Source: Candidatus Sungiibacteriota bacterium | GTDB taxonomy: Bacteria > Patescibacteriota > Minisyncoccia > Sungbacterales > HO2-52-23 | Assembly (NCBI GenBank): GCA_016180435.1 | Contig: JACPBG010000003.1 | Span: 13,791-77,790, forward strand | Length of the DNA stretch: 64,000 nt | Direction of reading: 5' to 3' | Shown: positions 58,081 to 64,000 of the stretch, one piece after another | Layout: every line of letters starts with the position of its first letter | Position numbering within the stretch: position 1 is the first letter of the stretch | Made by a program: the position numbers and the translations under genes | Notes under the pieces: generated by a model | Databases searched by the model: none | The model's input: only the letters and a program-made list of their open reading frames with translations | What the model was told of the DNA's origin: nothing

Positions 58081-59568
58081 ATGAAAGCGCGAATGCTTAT
58101 CGGGGGATTGATGGTAATATTCCTTGTGTTCTTTGCAGGGAATGTCAGCGCCGAATGGCCGAAAGTTTGTGAAGGCCAGCCGCCTCATTATTTAAGAGGA
58201 TTCACTCAAACCAACGATCAGATTGATGCATTTAAGCAGATGCAGTTGAATTTTGCGGCCAGCCGTTCCGACTCTTCGTTGTTGCGTGCCCGTTGGGCGT
58301 CAAACATCGGAGAGAGCGCCACCTTCATCTTTTATGGACATACCGTAAGTATTTATTTCCCCATGTATCAAAGGTTGGGGAACGTGGTGTATTATTATAC
58401 CGCAGCTGGAGCGACTCCTTTGACGGTTGAGGAATTTGAGTGCGTAAAAGAAGACTTTGGGCAGTGGATTCAGCAGGCAATTGATGCGAATTACGATGAT
58501 CACAGGAGAATTACCGATCTCGCGGTGGAAAGCTTTGCTGCCGGAAATAATATGACTCCCGATGCGGTGCGTAAGTTGATTGCAAGGCCCATTCCTGAAT
58601 ACGGCACGAATTACGGAGATGTCTTAAAAATACCCCTGTTGGAACCCGCCGATTTTATCAAGGGCGTAAAACATATTTATTTTACTTCGATGTCTTCCTG
58701 CAATGCCTGGGTGTATTTGCAGACGATCGTAGCATTTTCTCCGTGCACTCGCCGTTGGGACTACATCATGGGATATCCCACGGTTGCCAAGCATGAGCTT
58801 ATACATGCCAACGCCAAATTACAAGGGTTTCCTATCGGATGGTACTCCAATATGGAGCTTTTTGCGGCACTGCTTCCTTTTTTGGAACAGCCGACTGATC
58901 TTGAAACATTTTTTTATCACGGATACCTTTCCAAACCATGGGAGGCACTGGAAGTGTTTGGCAGTTTTGATGTGGCCAAAATCCGAAAAGAATTTTTCAG
59001 ATATGACGTTTGGGGGGGTGGATCCGCGATGAATCGCGAAGTAATTGCCGAATATCTGTCCGAAATAAACAAGGCCGCCGAATGGCTGCGTGAAAGCGGG
59101 CTGAAGGTGCTTGCTAAATTCTATACTGATCCGCATTTTTGGGTGGCCGTGAATGATATGTCGCATGACGATGACATGGCCTATATGGTGATTATGGCCG
59201 GACTCTATGAGCCTACGGCTCTCGGAGGGCATGATAACACCGTGCGTTTCATTCTTAAACACTCGGATCAATCTAAAAGCATTGCCGATGGCGCCTGGAG
59301 CCGGGTAGGCAAGTCGCGTTCCTTAATGTTTGATGAGCGGCGCCAGAAAGCACTGGAGGAACTTGTGCGTTTTGCCGATGCGCTTGGAATTTCTAAGGAG
59401 GAACTGATTCGCAAGGGACGCGCCTACGGGTTCCGCAGCGAGCATTTGGAAAACATGGACTTGGATTTGGCGCGCGAAATTTTAAGAAGTTTTTTGAGCG
59501 GCGATGGCGTATTTGGTAAGCCCATCGGATCTAAATTACTGCAAGAAAAGGAGGTACGATTGCCATGA
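58081..59568 (+). CDS. Large secreted hypothetical protein with an HExxH motif
   Basis: Signal peptide ending VSA-E and KHELIH...E. Confidence 0.65.
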   Translation: MKARMLIGGLMVIFLVFFAGNVSAEWPKVCEGQPPHYLRGFTQTNDQIDAFKQMQLNFAASRSDSSLLRARWASNIGESATFIFYGHTVSIYFPMYQRLGNVVYYYTAAGATPLTVEEFECVKEDFGQWIQQAIDANYDDHRRITDLAVESFAAGNNMTPDAVRKLIARPIPEYGTNYGDVLKIPLLEPADFIKGVKHIYFTSMSSCNAWVYLQTIVAFSPCTRRWDYIMGYPTVAKHELIHANAKLQGFPIGWYSNMELFAALLPFLEQPTDLETFFYHGYLSKPWEALEVFGSFDVAKIRKEFFRYDVWGGGSAMNREVIAEYLSEINKAAEWLRESGLKVLAKFYTDPHFWVAVNDMSHDDDMAYMVIMAGLYEPTALGGHDNTVRFILKHSDQSKSIADGAWSRVGKSRSLMFDERRQKALEELVRFADALGISKEELIRKGRAYGFRSEHLENMDLDLAREILRSFLSGDGVFGKPIGSKLLQEKEVRLP

Positions 59569-61196
59569 AGCGCGTACGTAACCTATTTTTATTTTCACTC
59601 CTCGCAACATTTGCGGCAGGATGTGTTACTGCTGCCAAGCAAGGATGTTTGGATGAATTGAGTGCGCGATATCCAACGTATACCGTAAAAGAGCGCCTGG
59701 TTCTTTTTTATGGAGCAAAGGGCGTGGGATGCATTCAAGAGTGGTTCTATGAGGTGGAGCGGGATAAAAGTGGTAAGCCCGGCATTCCGCGTATAGCGTA
59801 TCACAAAGTAAAGATGGATCAGATTTTGCGCGTGGAAGAAAAACAGTTGAAGGACGTGGAAGAGGTACTTGATACCAATCCTAAAAATGAGGAATGGTAT
59901 AAGCTTTTGGAAGAAACCGGCCGGCGCCCCGACTTCGAGGCCAATGAGCGGGCTTTGCGATTTCGCGTAGCGCGTCTGCGTCTTAATGTCAATCACAATG
60001 AATTCCGGAAGTTTTTAGGAGAGGTTGACACCTCGGCAGAGGCCGAGAAACGCCGTCAAGGTTATTCGGTACGGATTTTCCTGCCGGAATTTGATCCGCA
60101 ACGCGAAGCTCCTTTTACCGCCAAATTCGTGGCAGAAGCCAAACGTGACGGAAAACTTGCGTTTATTGGCATGACCACGGTATTTGACTACGAACTGCTC
60201 GGGAAAAAAGAGCCGGATCCGGAATTTCCGTCCGATCCTAACCGTTTCCTTTGGAAGGAAAAATACGAGGGATTGGAAATGCGGATCTATAAAGTAATGA
60301 ATTCACGGCAAGTGCGCGACAAACAGCCGCATTATATAGAAGCAACCCGTATTACGCATCGTTTCGATAAGAATGGTGCGCTGATCGCCACGGAACGTGA
60401 ATCAAAACCGGCTTTGCGCATTTTTGCTTCTCCATCCGACACCCTGGACATTGTGGTGTTGGATACTGATCGCGAAGGCGATTTGGGATTTGGATTCCCG
60501 GATATTGTTGAGAAGTTGTACGGAGGTATTACTACCGGTAAGGAACTTTATTTACAGCATCAAACCCTGCTCTCTAAACTTTTTCCGGATCGAATTGATG
60601 ATAAGCGAAAACCCATGCCCAAGCCCAAACCTCAAAAATTTGGGGTGGTCGTAGCCGGTACGCCGGTCGATCCTTGGGAGAAGGCGCCGACGAATGATGG
60701 TTGGAAAGTCCCACATGATTACATAAGTGAAAAAAAGGATAATTACAATGTGGACGTGGTGCTTGAGTCGCGCAAAAGCGGTGATTACACTTCGCCGCGC
60801 AAAATTCTGGCTTTATCCAGGGCGTATTATTCAACGGCCAATTCGTGGCAGCCGGTCAAGGGAGAGGTGGTGGAATATTACCGGCCGCTTCCGGAATTTT
60901 ACGAACAAAATATTTTGGAGGCCAGGGTGGATTGGTCCAATCGGCGGAAGATTGTTATTGAACGCGAGGGCAAGGCCGGTGTTTCGGGTATCGTGAATCC
61001 AGGCAAAAATGCCTTTACCGAAGAACGTCCTTATATGGTTGAATTTAGTGACGGCGAGACGCGATGGAGGATTGTTGATCGCGACAAAAGCGGCATTTTC
61101 ATGTATCGCATGGAGGTAGTGCGATCGGGCGGAAGCATGTTTGGGGGTTATTCGGACAATTCTCCGGTGGATTCTTCCTCCGGTAATGATTGGTGA
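59565..61196 (+). CDS. Large hypothetical lipoprotein
   Basis: FAAGC lipobox, ATGA overlap with the upstream gene and AAGGAGG RBS. Confidence 0.65.
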   Translation: MKRVRNLFLFSLLATFAAGCVTAAKQGCLDELSARYPTYTVKERLVLFYGAKGVGCIQEWFYEVERDKSGKPGIPRIAYHKVKMDQILRVEEKQLKDVEEVLDTNPKNEEWYKLLEETGRRPDFEANERALRFRVARLRLNVNHNEFRKFLGEVDTSAEAEKRRQGYSVRIFLPEFDPQREAPFTAKFVAEAKRDGKLAFIGMTTVFDYELLGKKEPDPEFPSDPNRFLWKEKYEGLEMRIYKVMNSRQVRDKQPHYIEATRITHRFDKNGALIATERESKPALRIFASPSDTLDIVVLDTDREGDLGFGFPDIVEKLYGGITTGKELYLQHQTLLSKLFPDRIDDKRKPMPKPKPQKFGVVVAGTPVDPWEKAPTNDGWKVPHDYISEKKDNYNVDVVLESRKSGDYTSPRKILALSRAYYSTANSWQPVKGEVVEYYRPLPEFYEQNILEARVDWSNRRKIVIEREGKAGVSGIVNPGKNAFTEERPYMVEFSDGETRWRIVDRDKSGIFMYRMEVVRSGGSMFGGYSDNSPVDSSSGNDW

Positions 61197-61227
61197 TTTA
61201 TTTGAAACAAGTCCTGCATTAGCGGGA

Positions 61228-63453
61228 CTATTTTTTATAAGTTTCCACGGCCTCCGATAAAATTTGACAATACAGATTAAGCCCCACTTTGTTGATGGCG
61301 CCGGATTGTTCGCGGCCAAGCACATTTCCCGCCCCGCGGATTTCAAGATCGCGCAAGGCAATTTCATATCCTTGGCCGAGTTCCGAATATTCTTTCAGCG
61401 CCTCAAGGCGTTCGGCGGCTTTATCTGTTAAGTGTCGCGGTTTGTATAGAAAGTAGGCATGAGCCTTTTTGGATCCGCGGCCAATACGGCCTCTTAGCTG
61501 GTGGGCTTCGGCAAGTCCCAGGCGCGTGGCGTCATCTACAATAAGTGTGTTGGCGGACGAAATATCAAGTCCGTTTTCGATGATGGTGGTTGCCAGAAGA
61601 ATATTTATTTTTTTATCGCGGAATTGGTCCATGATATGAATTATTTCTTTTTCTTTCATGCGGCCGTGCATAATCCCTATTTTTTGGAAACTAAGTTTCC
61701 AAGCGCTTGGAAACTTAGTTTCCAAATAACGAAGAAGTTTTTCTTTCACCGCATCCATGGTTTCAATGCGGTTATGTAAAAAATATATTTGTCCGTGGCG
61801 GGAAAGTTCATGATCAATCGCGCGGACAATCGTTTGTGAAGAATAGGGCAGTACATAAGTCGCGATAGGGAGGCGTTCCGGAGGCGGGGAGTCAATGCGC
61901 GAAATATCACGGAGCTTGGCTAGCGCCAGCGACATGGTGCGCGGGATCGGTGTAGCGGATAAGGACAGGATGTCAACCCCGTTAGAGATATGGAACGAAT
62001 CGGCATTAGGGGGAGCGTGCTTGGGGACATAGCGATTTTCACTTAGTGTTTCGGTGTCGGATAAATCTCTAACGGGGTCAACTTCGGAACGCAAATCTTT
62101 AAAATATTCTTTTTGTTTGACCCCGAAGCGCTGTTCCTCGTCAATAATAACCAGCCCCAGGTTTTTAAACCGGATATCGCGCGAGAGTATACGGTGCGTT
62201 CCGATTACGCAATCAATGGATCCGTCCGCAAGGCCTCCGAGTATTTTTTTAGTTTCGCTTATGGATGTAAGGCGCGACAGCATGGATATGGTCACCGGCA
62301 GACGGCCGCCTATCCGCTCTTTAAACGTATTTAGGTGCTGTGCCGCAAGAATCGTGGTGGGAGCCAGAATGGCAACTTGTCGGCCTGAGCAAATTGCGCG
62401 TAAAGCCGCGCGTATGGCGATTTCGGTTTTTCCGAACCCCACGTCTCCGCAAAGAATCCGGTCCATGGGCCGCGGTCCGGAAAGATCGTGCATAATTTCA
62501 TTCTCGGCTTTTATCTGATCAGGCGTTTCCGTAAATGCAAAAGTATGGCGCAGTTCTTTCTCCAGTGTTTCGTCTCCGGGATGCGGCGGGCGCATGGCCG
62601 TGGCGCGCTTTTGATAAAGTTTTATGAGTTCCTGCGCCATTTTTTGCGTATCCTCGCGGATTTTGCGCGTGGTTTTTTGCCAGATCGATCCGCCCAAACG
62701 ATGAATTTTAGGAGTTTCAAATCCTATGTACGGGGACAGGCGGTTTTTTTGGTCAATGGGAACATATAGTCGATCCGGCGCTTTTCCTGACCCAGGTGCT
62801 GCGTATTCAATGAGAAAGAACTTAGAACTTGGAGTTGACAACTTGGAATTATCGCTAAGTTCTTGTTTGCTAAGATCTAAGTTCTCGGAATAGGAATTTT
62901 CAGAAACGATTCCTCTGAAAATTCCTATTCCGTGGTCCACATGCACCACATAATTTCCCGGAGCAAGTTTATCTATCGAGGCTAAGCCTCTATAGTGGTA
63001 TCGAGGCTTAGCCTCGATAGGAGGCGTTGGCCTTGGATAAATTGAGACAATCTGGTTTCCGGAAAACTCAATTAAATACGGTTTCTCGGTATTTATCGGC
63101 CAGATTTCTATAATTCCCCCGCGTACGGCAAAAATTCCTTTGCCGGACGTATGTGTGCTTCGTTCATATCCGAAATCGGCAAATTGTCGTAAAACCTCAT
63201 GTGGACGGATAACCAGATCCTTTTCAAGAAACAATGAATTGTCGCGCCACCATGGATTGGAAATACGTGCTTTTTTAATTGCGGCGGCGTTTTCCGAGAA
63301 CCAACCTCCTTCGCTCGCCGCGGCGAGCTTCGGTGGGCGCGACAAAACAGCCCGCTCCAGATTCTGGGGGGATATAGATACGATCAACAGTTCGCTTATT
63401 ACATCTGACATCTGACATCTGATATTTAACGCGGGATTAAAGTCAATCGTCAA
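61228..63453 (-). CDS. mfd: Transcription-repair coupling factor (shortened Mfd)
   Basis: UvrB-like segment, CarD/RID (VVHVDHGIG), GDVGFGKT, DEEQRFG, SATPIPRT and QLRGRIGR. The C-terminal TRCF domain is missing. Confidence 0.9.
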   Translation of the reverse strand: MTIDFNPALNIRCQMSDVISELLIVSISPQNLERAVLSRPPKLAAASEGGWFSENAAAIKKARISNPWWRDNSLFLEKDLVIRPHEVLRQFADFGYERSTHTSGKGIFAVRGGIIEIWPINTEKPYLIEFSGNQIVSIYPRPTPPIEAKPRYHYRGLASIDKLAPGNYVVHVDHGIGIFRGIVSENSYSENLDLSKQELSDNSKLSTPSSKFFLIEYAAPGSGKAPDRLYVPIDQKNRLSPYIGFETPKIHRLGGSIWQKTTRKIREDTQKMAQELIKLYQKRATAMRPPHPGDETLEKELRHTFAFTETPDQIKAENEIMHDLSGPRPMDRILCGDVGFGKTEIAIRAALRAICSGRQVAILAPTTILAAQHLNTFKERIGGRLPVTISMLSRLTSISETKKILGGLADGSIDCVIGTHRILSRDIRFKNLGLVIIDEEQRFGVKQKEYFKDLRSEVDPVRDLSDTETLSENRYVPKHAPPNADSFHISNGVDILSLSATPIPRTMSLALAKLRDISRIDSPPPERLPIATYVLPYSSQTIVRAIDHELSRHGQIYFLHNRIETMDAVKEKLLRYLETKFPSAWKLSFQKIGIMHGRMKEKEIIHIMDQFRDKKINILLATTIIENGLDISSANTLIVDDATRLGLAEAHQLRGRIGRGSKKAHAYFLYKPRHLTDKAAERLEALKEYSELGQGYEIALRDLEIRGAGNVLGREQSGAINKVGLNLYCQILSEAVETYKK
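61976..62078. mobile_element. MITE-like element inserted in-frame in mfd
   Basis: ACCCCGTTAGAGAT...ATCTCTAACGGGGT with GTCAAC duplicated. Net gain is 105 bp (35 aa). Confidence 0.85.
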
Positions 63454-63463
63454 ATGTCAATTG

Positions 63464-64000
63464 TCAGGTGTTTTTGTTGATTATTCCCACTGCTTTTTCC
63501 TGTTCTCCGGTTGCGAATGCCCCGACGCCCTCAAAGATTTTCTTTTCGAGTTTGCGGATTTGTTTTTGTTCATCCGGTTTAAGTTTCTGCAACACAAGCT
63601 TTTCCGCCTCTACGCGTTTTTTGCGCCCGCCTTTGGCGAGGCTCGCCCCAAAGGGCGGCTGGATTCCGACACGAAGCCGCCAAAAATCCCAACTTCCTAA
63701 AGCGCGTTTTATCGATTCCACCCCTTTATGGCCTGCTGAATGCTTATGGAATGAAAGTTTGGCGCGGCCAAGCAAAATATCGGCGTCATCATGAAGCACT
63801 ATCGTATCACGCGGTTTTACTTTATAAAATCGGGCTACGGGACCCGCGGCATTTCCGGATTTATTCATAAAGGTATCGGGCAGGAGTAGTGTGGCTTTTA
63901 TTTTTTCGATTCTGCCTTCGGAAATAAGCGCGTTCCATTTTTTTTCAAATTTAAATTCTGGAAAGCCGAATTTATTTCCGATGGATTGTGCGGTTTCGCG
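63464..64000 (-). CDS. pth: Peptidyl-tRNA hydrolase, 5'-partial
   Basis: TFMNKSG, LHDDAD, SAGHKG and RLRVGI motifs. Frame is open to the window end. Confidence 0.92.
   Translation of the reverse strand, partial: RETAQSIGNKFGFPEFKFEKKWNALISEGRIEKIKATLLLPDTFMNKSGNAAGPVARFYKVKPRDTIVLHDDADILLGRAKLSFHKHSAGHKGVESIKRALGSWDFWRLRVGIQPPFGASLAKGGRKKRVEAEKLVLQKLKPDEQKQIRKLEKKIFEGVGAFATGEQEKAVGIINKNT

Noticed and set aside
1-64000. Alternative genetic code (TGA read as Gly) or prophage
   Set aside because: TGA ends conserved genes at the expected positions (metG, relA, pth), and no phage structural, terminase or integrase genes are recognisable.

Overview
A 64 kb chromosomal segment, most likely from a Patescibacteria (CPR, Parcubacteria-like) genome read in genetic code 11. 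The taxonomy is inferred from gene content and style, not from a database search. The housekeeping backbone is ileS, recO, glyQS, metG, tatD, ilvE, leuS, glmS, yvcK, tsaC, dcd, glyA, folD, tRNA-Leu(CAA), parAB, relA/spoT, topA, dprA, mfd and pth. It is interleaved with ORFans and small toxin-antitoxin-like modules. I found no CRISPR array, rRNA, transposase or integrase. The most striking features are non-genic. (1) A dispersed family of ~200-350 bp multibranch elements has 5 full copies and 3 tandem half copies in both orientations. Their stems differ but still base-pair, while the junction motifs (RACAC, loop CCWGCG, TMARSRTC, CCAWGC, ATKGTY and a 3' tail) are conserved. Four of the five full copies begin at or within a few bases of a stop codon. 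(2) Cassette arrays behind glyA and parB contain diverged remnants of the host gene's own 3' end, which carry or adjoin a TTGACA promoter. These remnants alternate with unrelated cargo ORFs and TA-like genes. (3) Several families of tiny palindromic or MITE-like elements and 7-mer runs are inserted in-frame into essential genes. Three aminoacyl-tRNA synthetases also carry extra domains.
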